From assembly GCA_964016885.1 (NCBI GenBank), contig OZ024747.1, positions 29,078,001 through 29,142,000 on the forward strand: 64,000 nucleotides of DNA. Direction: 5' to 3'. This DNA is from Eledone cirrhosa (lineage: Eukaryota). The position numbers were made by a program, and so were the translations under genes. This document shows positions 52,801-64,000 of this stretch, piece after piece. Under the pieces are notes generated by a model that was not told the origin of the DNA, did not search any database, and worked only from the letters and a program-made list of their open reading frames with translations. The stretch's first letter is position 1. The number at the start of each line of letters is the position of its first letter.

Positions 52801-54798
52801 TGTATTGGCTTCCAGATTCCTTTGGCGATGCCTTCTTCGTAACCTTTGGCCAGGTCATCACGAAGAGCAAACGGGACCGGGCATGCCTTGTGAAAGACCG
52901 GTGTCGCGTCCGACTTGAACTTCACTTCCAGTTCGAAGTCATTAAGACATCCCAATTCTTGCTTGAAGAGATCTGGGAATTCATCACACATGTTGTGACA
53001 ATCTCGTTGCATGGAAATATAGGGCTCATTTGAGGTCTTTGGATGCATCACTTCTGCACCCTCACTCTTGGCCTGGCTGTCTATGCTTTTCAATCCTAGA
53101 GCATTGTCCACGGAAATTCCTAGAGTCTGGATAGCGTTTCGTCCCAGCAAATTAAGATCAGGGATCTTGGTGACGATGTAGGGTATTGAATTCCGTTTAC
53201 CGGTCGTTGGATCCTTGGTTTGGCCCATGAAAGTTCCCAGAACGGGCAGGTCGTGCTTGCTGGCAGATTCAAACCGATGTTTGACATCTTGCAGCTTCGG
53301 TTTTCCTATTGTTTCCAAACTGACAAGGAAACAAAATTGCCTGTAGTAGCTGTGTCCAATTCCATTGTGAAAAGTCTGTTCTGGATTGTTATTGGCACAT
53401 TCAAACTATGAGTATCGTGGGGAACTTCACCAAGGATCGCCTTGACTAGCTCAGCTTTCGTAATTATTTTCACGTAATTCTGTGAGCGATGATTACGTTG
53501 CTGATGTGTTTCTTTCTACACACCGCTTGCAAATGTCCCTTTTTGTCACAAAAATGACATTTGGCTTCTTTGAAGGGGCAGTCTGTCGCTTTGTGGGCCT
53601 TTCCACATCGGTAGCACATCTCCTGGTCTGTGGAATAAGACTGCTGATAGTTCTTTCGAGGACCCTTGTTCTTGTTCTGCTGGACCTTGTAGACTTGCTT
53701 GGTTTTGGAACCGTAAACAGTTTCCTTGGCAACCTTTGCTGCGTCTTCGGTCCCGATGGCAACTTGGACAGCACGGGCGAAATCTAGTTCTGTATCCTTG
53801 ATCTTGAAAATAGCCTTCAACACAGCTTCATTATTGACAGAACATATAAATCTCTGTCTTAGAGCTTCATCTTGTGGATTTGTGATCAAAGGAAAATCAC
53901 AGGTAGCTGCATCCTGACGTATACGTGCTGCCAGCTCCTGGAGAGTTTCGCCTGGCTTCCGTTGCACTCCAGAACTTGAAACGTTCTCTCACAATGAAAA
54001 GTTTTGGGTCGAACTGTTCTTTCATGAAGTCAACAATTTCGTCCATTGTCAACTTGTTGATATTCTTAGGCGGATTTTGTTGAGCAGCCAGATGTGCAAG
54101 TTGTTTGTAGATAGCAGCCGTCTGATTAGTCAGGAACACTTGTGCCATGCGTTGCTCGGGTACAGCGTTAGCAGCCACAAACGTGCAGAATCTTGACCAG
54201 TAATCAGGCCATAGTTCTGTTGTTGAATCAAAAGCAGCAAATGGGGGGATGAATACTGTTGGTGTCGAAGCAACTGGCGACGCCAATAAACTCTGTTATT
54301 CAGAATCTTGAGCACCAAACAGTTTTATCAGAGTGTCCATATCTTTCTTGTGTTGTTGCATTTGTTGTTCCTGTTGTTGCATTTGTTGTTCCATCTGTTC
54401 TCTAAACAACTTTATTAGCTCCGCTGTTTGTTGTTCCGCCATGTTTTTGTGATAACAATTTCCCGGCAATGTAGGTAAATCCTATCGGCAATGTAGGTAA
54501 ATCCTATCGTCGACGCCAATAAACTCTGTTGTATTCCTCTCGGTACTCGCAGAGAAAACACAACGAGTTATATCAAATAATTTGTGTAATTTGCGAAACA
54601 ATCAAAATACCCCTCCTCGCAGTAGCAGAATAACATAAAGTAAGTAGCAGTCTGTGACCGAGTTTTTAATACCAACGCTGACTGACTGCCCAGGTCACGT
54701 GATTCATATGCAAATGTGTGAGCACGTGTAAATTGAATAAAAATTTAACAGTCCATACAACAATGAGGTTGTGAGTTCGATTCCCAGTCCATACAACA
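49894..54798 (-). mobile_element. Full-length Ty3/Gypsy LTR retrotransposon (decayed gag-pol) with 5-bp TSD GTTAG
   Basis: LTRs 49894-50169 and 54527-54798 (TG...CA); PPT GGGGAGG; PBS TGGCGTCGACGATAGGAT; gag CCHC knuckles, protease LDTA, RT FQDD, RNase H DAS, integrase HHCC and DDE. Confidence 0.96.
50204..54442 (-). pseudogene. Gypsy gag-pol reading frame broken by stops and frameshifts
   Basis: ORF pieces 53897-54286, 53470-53967, 51696-53318 and 50204-51685; probable ATG at 54442. Confidence 0.9.
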
Positions 54799-57700
54799 GT
54801 TAGGGTTGGGGTTAGGGTTGGGGTTAGGATTAGGGTTAGGGTTAGGGTTAGGGTTAGGGATAGGGTTAGAGTTAGGGTTAGGGTTAGGGTTAGGTGTAGG
54901 GTTAGGGTTTAGGTTAGGGTTAGAGTTAGGGTTAGAGTTAGGGTTAGAGTTAGGGTTAAAGTTAGGGTCAGGGTCAGGGTCAGGGTTAGGGTTAGGGTTC
55001 GGGTCAGGGTCAAGGTCAGGGTCAGGGTTAGGGTTGGGGTTGGGGTTAGGGTTGCGGTTATGGTTGGGTTGTGGTTGGGGTTGGGGTTGAGGTTAGGGTT
55101 AGGGTCAGGGTCAGGGTTAGGGTTGGGGTTATGGTTGGGGTTGGGGTTGGGGTTAGGGTTAGGGTTGGTGTTGAGGTTTGGGTTAGGGTTAGGGTTAGGG
55201 TTAGGATTAAGATTACGGTTAGGGTTGGGGTTAGGGTTAGGGTTAGGGTTTGGGTTAGCGTTAGGGTTAGCGTTAGGGTTTCGGTTAGGGTTAGGATTTG
55301 GTTTAGTGTTAGATTTAGGGTCAGGGTTAGGGTTTGGATTAGTGTTTGGGTTAGAGTTAGGGTTAGGGTTAGAGTTAGGGTTAGGGTTAGGGTTAGGGTT
55401 AGGGTTAGGGTAGGTTTAGGGTTAGGTTTAGGGTTAGATATAGGGTTAGGGTTAGGGTTAGGGTTGGGGTTAGGGTTAGGGTTAGGGTTAGGGTTGGGGT
55501 TAGGATTAGGGTTAGGGTTAGGGTTAGGTTAGGGTTAGGGTTGGGGTTAGAGTTAGGGTTAGGATTAAGATTACGGTTTGGGTTTGGGTTTGGGTTGGGG
55601 TTGGGGTTAGGCTTAGGGTTAGGGTTTGGGTTAGGGTTAGAGTTGGAGTTAGGGTTAGGTTTAGGGTTAGGTTTTGGGTTAGGTTTTGGATTAGGTTTTG
55701 GGTTATGGTTAGAGTTAGGGTTTGGGTTTGGGTTAAGGTTAGGGTTCGGCTTAGGGTTTCGGTTAGGGTAGGGTTAGGGTTAGGGTTAGTGTTTGGGTTA
55801 GTGTTTGGCTTAGGGTTAGGGTTAAGGTTAGGGTTAGGGTTTGGGTTAGCGTTAGGGTTAGGGTTAGGGTTTGGGTTAGGGTTTGGTTTGGTGCTAGGGT
55901 TAGGGTCAGGGTTAGGGTTTGGGTTAGTGTTTGGGTTAGAGTTAGGGTTAGGGTTAGAGTTAGGTTTAGGGCTAGGGTTAGGGTTAGGGTTAGGTTTAGG
56001 TTTAGGTTTAGATTTAGGTTTAGGTTTAGGGTTAGATTTAGGGTTAGGGTTAAGTTTAGGGTTAGGGTTTCGTTTAGGGTTATTGTTAGCGTTAGGGTTA
56101 GTGTTAGTGTTAGGGTTAGGGTTAGGGTTAGGGTTAGGGTTAGGGTCAGGGTTAGAGTTTGGGTTTAGGTTAAGGTTAGGGTTAGGGATTGGGTTTGGGT
56201 TAGGGTTAGAGTTCGGGTTAGTGTTAAGGTTAGGGTTAGGGTTTCGGTTTGGGTTAGCGTTAGGGTTACGGTTAGGGTTAGGGTTAGTTTAGGGTTTGTG
56301 TTAGGGTTAGGGTTTGTGTTAGGGTTAGGTTTTGGTTTAGTGTTAGTGTTAGGGTTAGGGTTTGGGTTAGGGTTTGGGTCAGGGTTAGGGCTAGGGTTAG
56401 AGTAAGGGTTAGGGTTAGGGTTAGGGTTAGTGTTAGGGTTAGGTTTTGGGTTAGATTTAGGGTTAGGGTTAGGGTTAGGGTTAGGATTAGGGTTAGGCTT
56501 TGGTTTAGGGTTAGGGTTAGGGTTAGAGTTAGGGTTAGGGCTAGGGTTAGGGTTAGGCTTTGGTTTAGGGTTAGGGTTAGGGTTAGGGTTAGGGTTAGGG
56601 TTGGGGTTAGGATTAGGGTTAGGGTTAGGGTTAGGTTAGGGTTAGGGTTGGGGTTAGAGTTAGGGTTAGGATTAAGATTACGGTTTGGGTTTGGGTTTGG
56701 GTTGGTGTTGGGGTTAGGCCGAGGGTTAGGGTTTGGGTTAATGTTAGGGTTAGGGTTTGGGTTAGGGTTAGAGTTGGAGTTAGGGTTAGGTTTAGGGTTA
56801 GGTTTTGGGTTAGGTTTTGGATTAGGTTTTGGGTTATGGTTAGAGTTAGGGTTTGGGTTTGGGTTAAGGTTAGGGTTCGGCTTATGGTTTCGGTTAGGGT
56901 AGGGTTAGGGTTAGGGTTAGTGTTTGGGTTAGTGTTTGGCTTAGGGTTAGGGTTAAGGTTAGGGTTAGGGTTTGGGTTAGCGTTAGGGTTAGGGTTAGGG
57001 TTTGGGTTAGGGTTTGGTTTGGTGCTAGGGTTAGGGTCAGGGTTAGGGTTTGGGTTAGTGTTTGGGTTAGAGTTAGGGTTAGGGCTAGAGTTAGGTTTAG
57101 GGCTAGGGTTAGGGTTAGGGTTAGGTTTAGGTTTAGGTTTAGATTTAGGTTTAGGTTTAGGGTTAGATTTAGGGTTAGGGTTAAGTTTAGGGTTAGTGTT
57201 TCGTTTAGGGTTATTGTTAGCGTCAGGGTTAGTGTTAGTGTTAGGGTTAGGGTTAGGGTTAGGGTTAGGGTCAGGGTTAGAGTTTGGGTTTAGGTTAAGG
57301 TTAGGGTTAGGGATTGGGTTTGGGTTAGGGTTAGAGTTCGGGTTAGTGTTAAGGTTAGGGTTAGGATTTCGGTTTGGGTTAGCGTTAGGGTTACGGTTAG
57401 GGTTAGGGTTAGTTTAGGGTTAGGGTTAGGGTTAGGGTTTGTGTTAGGGTTAGGTTTTGGTTTAGTGTTAGTGTTAGGGTTAGGGTTTGGGTTAGGGTTT
57501 GGGTCAGGGTTAGGGCTAGGGTTAGAGTAAGGGTTAGGGTTAGGGTTAGGGTTAGTGTTAGGGTTAGGTTTTGGGTTAGATTTAGGGTTAGGGTTAGGGT
57601 TAGGGTTAGGATTAGGGTTAGGCTTTGGTTTAGGGTTAGGGTTAGGGTTAGAGTTAGGGTTAGGGCTAGGGTTAGGGTTAGGCTTTGGTTTAGGGTTAGG

Positions 57701-57830
57701 GTTAGGGTTAGGGTTAGGGTTAGGGTTAGGGTTTGGGTTAGGATTAGGATTAGGATTAGGATCTGGGTTAGGATTTGGGTTAGGGTCAGGGTCACGGTCA
57801 GGGATAGGGTTAGGGTTAGGGTTAGGGTTG
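54799..57830 (+). repeat. Degenerate interstitial telomeric repeat (TTAGGG)n, right part, with a higher-order duplication of about 1.1 kb
   Basis: The variant pattern recurs (ORFs 55541/56648, 55705/56836, 56430/57555). Confidence 0.93.
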
Positions 57831-57898
57831 GAAGAGAATCATGTCTTTCCTGTATTACATAATATTACAGAAAATTCACTCATTATTATATAAAAATA

Positions 57899-58075
57899 GG
57901 GTGGTGAATTGGCAATACCGCTAGAGGGTTGGACGCTATGCTTTCTAGCATAGTTCCGTCCCTTTACAGTCTGAGTTCAAATCCCGCCGAGATTAACGGG
58001 GGCGCTAAAATAAAGTACCAGTAATCTACTGGGTAATTGCTGACCTTGTGCCTAAAGTAGAAAAAATTATTATAT
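57899..58075 (+). mobile_element. OK-like SINE with internal deletion
   Basis: Family consensus match. Confidence 0.8.
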
Positions 58076-58944
58076 AAAAATGGATTTTTTTGATACCTTG
58101 TGGAAAAGAAAATCTAATTATTGGCTCTCTGCGATGTCAAATTTACCTTTAACCTTTTCTCCTTTTCCAAGTCGATATAATATTAATCCAATAATTTACT
58201 CTTTTTTGTTTTTCTTTCTTACTATCTTACGCTTGTTACCTCTTTCTATTTGCCTCTACATTTTTTTCTGAGGAAGATATCTGTCGTGGTTAGATTTGCA
58301 GAGTAATAGGCACAACCAGGTCTAAATTGTTGAAGACATGCCGAGTGTCCCGACGACGCCCATACAATTCCATCAGTATTTCAGAGCCAATTTATGTGTG
58401 GATGGATGCAGTTAGATAAACCAATGGCCGTTGTAGTAGCAGCAGCAGCAGCGACAAAGCAAACGAACAGGGCATTTGTGAACCAGTAGTTATATATGTG
58501 TGTGTGGAGTTGATAAGTGAGTAGCTTGTAGAATGATAACCGTGACAAGTAAAATGAAATTATCATATGATCCACATGACAGGTGCAATCTGTTTGAACA
58601 CGGAAGAGTCGAACTCCCACTGTCACCACCTCCATCTTTCTCGCCCTCTCCATCTCTCTGTATTGTGAGCAAATGGGGTCCCACGTGCTGGCCGCCCCAC
58701 AGCCCCGGCGGACAGAATGGAGAATGCGTGTCCGCGGAGGATGTGCGTCGGTGAGTGAATTATTGCCGATCAGTTAAATGGGTCCTCTTGTGGATGTGGT
58801 GTTGGTTTGTGTGCAACAAAAGTAGTAGAATTAACATCAGCCCATCACCCTTTCATATTTCTAGGGTTGATAAATAAAGTACAAATCTAGGGACTTGTGT
58901 GCCAGAGGATTACTCAGAGCTGAGCGGGAGCGGGGGCTACGTTA

Positions 58945-60170
<1,226 letters not shown>

Positions 60171-60274
60171 GTAATTTACACCCCCACACACTATATTACA
60201 CAAAAGATGTAATGTGTAAAGAAATAATTACATGCAAAATAAAGTGTCATGGGAGAATGTGTAAAAGTTTGAGT

Positions 60275-60800
60275 CGATGTGTGTGTATGTGTGAGTGTGA
60301 GTGTGTGTGTGAGTGTGCGTGTGTGAGTACATGTGTGTGAGCGTGAGTGTGTGTGTGAGTGTGAGTGTGTGTGTGTGAGTGTGCGAGTGTGTGTGAGTGT
60401 GTGTGTGTGAGTATGTGAGTGTGCGTGTGCGTGTGTGTGCGTGTGTGAGTGTGTACTTGTGTGTATGTGTGAGTGTGTGTGTGTGAGTTTGTCTGTGAGT
60501 GTGAGTGTGCGTGTGTGTGAGTGTGCATGTGTGAGTGTGTGTGTGTGAGTGTGCGTGTGTGTGTGTGAGTGTGTGAGTGTGTGAGTGTGCGTGTGTGTGC
60601 GTGTGTGTGTGTGTGAGTGTGTGTGTGTTAGTGTGCGTGTGTGTACGAGTGTGCGTGTGTGAGTGTGCATGTGTGTGTTTGCGTGTGTGTGTGCGTGCAC
60701 GCGTGGGCGTGTTTGTGTGTGCGTGTGTGTGTGTGTGTGAGTGTGCGTGTGTGTGAGTGTGCGTGTGTGTGAGTGTGCGTGTGTGTGAGTGTAGTGTGTG
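60275..60800. repeat. Degenerate (GT)n/(GTGA)n microsatellite
   Basis: Direct inspection. Confidence 0.9.
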
Positions 60801-60972
60801 TTTTTACTCACAGATGTTAGAAATCGAATCTTATTTATATTTTATTCGAGATATTTTATTGGAAATTCAAGATGAAATAGGAAGTTAGTCACAGGTCTTA
60901 GCAATACCAGAGTGGTATGGTGTGATATATAAAGGAAGAATTAGATGCAACATAGATCTCCTCCCCATCTCT

Positions 60973-61085
<113 letters not shown>

Positions 61086-61139
61086 CAAGAGTGACATAAA
61101 CAGGTACTTATGTTTCGTTGGGTTCTGGAACCCCTATAC

Positions 61140-61220
<81 letters not shown>

Positions 61221-61404
61221 CCTTCTGACGAGAGTCCCCTTCTCAATGAAAATCCGTTTGGATTATCTGTTTATTTTGGAATTTACTCACTGCCACCAAA
61301 AATTCTCACTGCTATTAAAAAACCACTCCCTCAACTATTCTTCTAACAACTTCACCCCTCCCTCCTAATATTCTCTATAAAAACCAAATAGGTCCTCAGT
61401 AATA

Positions 61405-61525
61405 TTATTCTGATGAAATGACAGTAAATAATAACATTGAAATATTGAATGTCTGCATAACTAATACTTTGTAGATAGCAGCTGTTTTCAGGTTATGTAA
61501 CTGTTATAGAAACACGTGTCAATAA
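61405..61525 (+). ncRNA. Type I hammerhead with greatly extended stem II
   Basis: TTATT-CTGATGA-aATGACAGT...ACTGTTATa-GAAA-CACGTG-TC-AATAA. Confidence 0.6.
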
Positions 61526-61590
61526 ATTCCTTTCAACTAAACTGTATCCATTCAAATCTTTCTATATATATATATATACATATACATATA

Positions 61591-62980
61591 CAGGGTGCGG
61601 ACGGTATTTGAGGACAGATTTATGGTTAAAAAAAACGCTTATATAATTGTTTCTACTTTTGGCACAAGGCCACCAATTACCCAGTACATTACTGGTACTT
61701 TATTTTATCGAGCCCGTAAGGATGAAAGGCAAAGTTAACCTCGGCGGGATTTGAACTCAGACCATAAAGGGCTGTAACTCTATGCTGCAAAGCATGGCGT
61801 CCGACCTTCTACCGATACTGCCAATCCAATAATAACAGAAAAAAACTGTGTTCTTATAAAAATAACATAAACATAAAGCTAAATTATCAATTTAATAATT
61901 TCATTCAATAAAACCACCATAAGCATCAATAACTGCCTCTACATGGGGTCGAAATCGTTTACAAGCTCAGATTAAGTGGTCCTTGTTCATATCGGACATG
62001 ACTCGAACTATGGTGGCTTTCAAAGAATCTTTGGTGCTATGGGGGTGTTCATTGACATTTTTCTCAACAGTGCTCCACACATAGTAGTCCAGTGGGTTGA
62101 GATCTGGAGAATTAGGAGGCCAAATGTTGGGGGTGATGTGAGCATGTAAATTGTCAGCCATCCATTCTTGTGTCATTTGAGCCTTGTGTGATGGTGCAGA
62201 ATCTTGTTGAAAGACATAAGGCCTTCCATTGCATACACTGTTGATCCAAGGCTTAACAACTTTATCCAGAACCTCAATATATGCAGCAGCATTGACCCTA
62301 AGGCCTTGTGGAAAAAAGTGAGGAGGCATCACATGTCCTTCATAGTTAACAACACCCAAAACCATGGCACTTGCAGGAAATTTTGTGTGCATTACTATTG
62401 GAACCTCAGAAGGGTCTGCACATAGCCACCTGTCATTTCTTCTGTTAGTTTTCTTGTACTGGTCAAAGTGTTTCTCATGTGAGAAAAACCAAATCACACC
62501 ATCTTCTGATGGATTTTTAAGTTTGTTTAAAAGTCTTTTGGATCTGATTAAACGCTTTTCTTTTGTTTTTTTCTGACATGAATTGACCTCTTCTCATCAC
62601 ACAAGATTTGTATCTGATATCTTCATGCACAACATGTCTGATTGTTTTTTTCTGACACATCAACACTTTTTGCAATTGACCTCATTGATTTTCCTGGATT
62701 ATCATCAATGTTTTGCTTAACTTCCTGAATAAATTCAGGTGTCCTGATAGAATCAGAGCGTTTGGAATGTTTTTTACGTTTTGATACAGGTAATACTCTT
62801 CCATCTTCTTTCTCTAACTCACACCGAATCTTGCAACTTTCAGAAAACGAGAAATTTCTAAATCCCCATGCTTAGCCTTCAAAGCCACAATCACAGCATG
62901 CCTTTTCATTTCATTAGTAAGCATAGTTATTTTCATTGTTATTTTCTAAATACATGTCCTCAAATACTGTCCGCACCCTG
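61591..62980 (-). mobile_element. Tc1/mariner DD37D (maT-type) transposon, full length and decayed, with a nested SINE
   Basis: 26-bp TIRs CAGGGTGCGGAC(G/A)GTATTTGAGGACA and TA TSD; QQD..37 aa..PLDYYVW; first catalytic D mutated (FSHEK). Confidence 0.92.
61645..61828 (-). mobile_element. OK-like SINE nested in the DD37D transposon
   Basis: Reverse-complement consensus match inside the TIRs. Confidence 0.87.
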
Positions 62981-62988
62981 TATATATA

Positions 62989-63185
62989 GAGGGTTGGCTG
63001 AAAAGTTTATGAGATGACCAAGCTACTCTCATGGAATGACCAGATGAGGTTTATTTTTCAACATAGTCTCTAGAAAGAAACAATGCAGTTATTAATAAGA
63101 AGAGTTGAAATTAATGCATGCAAAATTTCACAGCTCTAGCATCAATCTTTCATCGTCACTCTATGAACTTTTCAGCCGACTCTCT
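62989..63185. mobile_element. Mariner-type MITE (family of 23220-23410)
   Basis: TIR GAGGGTTGGCTGAAAAGTT / AACTTTTCAGCCGACTCTC and shared internal sequence. Confidence 0.8.
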
Positions 63186-63549
63186 TATACATATCGCTAT
63201 AAGTTTAAAGCTTCTAAAAATAATGGAGAAAGCTGGCTGGGTTCATTGGCGAAATGGCAACAAAGGAGGCGTGGGTTCGATTCACATGTGTGCTGATACC
63301 CATCTTTTTCCGTTCAATGGGTTTATATACCCCATTATTAGACTATATTATGCAGTCAAAATATTACGGCTGAGTTGGCTTGTTGAGTCCTATGAGTTGA
63401 AATGATGATATTTTGAAAAGATCAGCAATTCGTCGGTCAGCAGTATTTCAGTATAAATTGTTGCTCTTTTTGTTCTTTCCTCCCACAGGAAAGATGTGAC
63501 CATTAGGTTAGAATATGTAGAAGCACCATCTGTGAGTAGATTCTAATTT

Positions 63550-63880
63550 CACCTTGAATTTCCACAATTTCTGACATCTCTGAGCCAATTCTTTTATTCC
63601 ATTTTGAATTTTCACTAACAAGATATCTTATATTTAAAGAAGTAATATAAAAAAAAAACCTGCACCTCAAAGGCTTTTTATGTACAACTTGGAAATACAT
63701 AAATAGGAAGGTATTTCCAGTGGGTCAGCGTTCTGAGTAAGAAGTACTGCCTTTAACGGAGTTCTCTCCATTGCAAACAGTCGAGCCAGGTCTCTGGTTT
63801 AAGTATACTTTCATTCCTCCATCTTTCCATTCAAGTAGTTTCGGGAGGCTTGAAATGTATCATGGACACCACTGTATCCA
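63550..63880 (-). mobile_element. Old mariner transposase relic
   Basis: QNGIKELAQRCQK.VEIQGE resembles the mariner C-terminus. Confidence 0.4.
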
Positions 63881-64000
63881 TCACTGATTAAATAACGTTT
63901 TATGTTTCAAATATGTTAAATGTGTCTTACATTAGATGTGTTAAAACTAGGACTCTTTCTCATGAATGTTGGTTTCAGACTGTGGGTATATGTGTTCGTG

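Noticed and set aside
49348-57830. True chromosome end or telomere fusion site
   Set aside because: Repeats are highly degenerate, single-orientation and flanked by ordinary sequence on both sides
54806-57893. Long GL/VR/TL-repeat ORFs
   Set aside because: They are translations of the TTAGGG array, with no evidence of a gene
61087-61270. Two partial hammerhead-like halves either side of a TA tract
   Set aside because: One lacks CTGANGA; the other lacks stem I and has extra bases before GAAA

Overview
AT-rich, microsatellite-dense animal genomic DNA. The abundant tRNA-derived SINE with the core GAGTTCAAATCCCGCCGAGGTTAACTTTGCCTTTCATCC and the (TTAGGG)n repeats point to a mollusc, most likely an octopus (inference). 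Two tandem paralogous + strand genes were reconstructed by eye from splice sites, each with a signal peptide and two split-exon SRCR domains. Gene 1 (2027-19817, 8 exons, about 325 aa) has a duplicated micro-exon and a hydrophobic, GPI-like C-terminus. Gene 2 (23097-38885, 6 exons, about 245 aa) looks secreted. The rest is mobile DNA: RTE and R4-like LINE relics, Penelope-like (probably Naiad-clade) elements, a non-autonomous Helitron, a DD37D Tc1/mariner element, MITEs, many SINEs, and a structurally complete Gypsy LTR element inside a degenerate interstitial telomeric array. The most unusual signal is about ten hammerhead-ribozyme folds from several unrelated sequence families. They lie in short, often fold-back, modules inserted into (TA)n tracts, and one family shows stem covariation.
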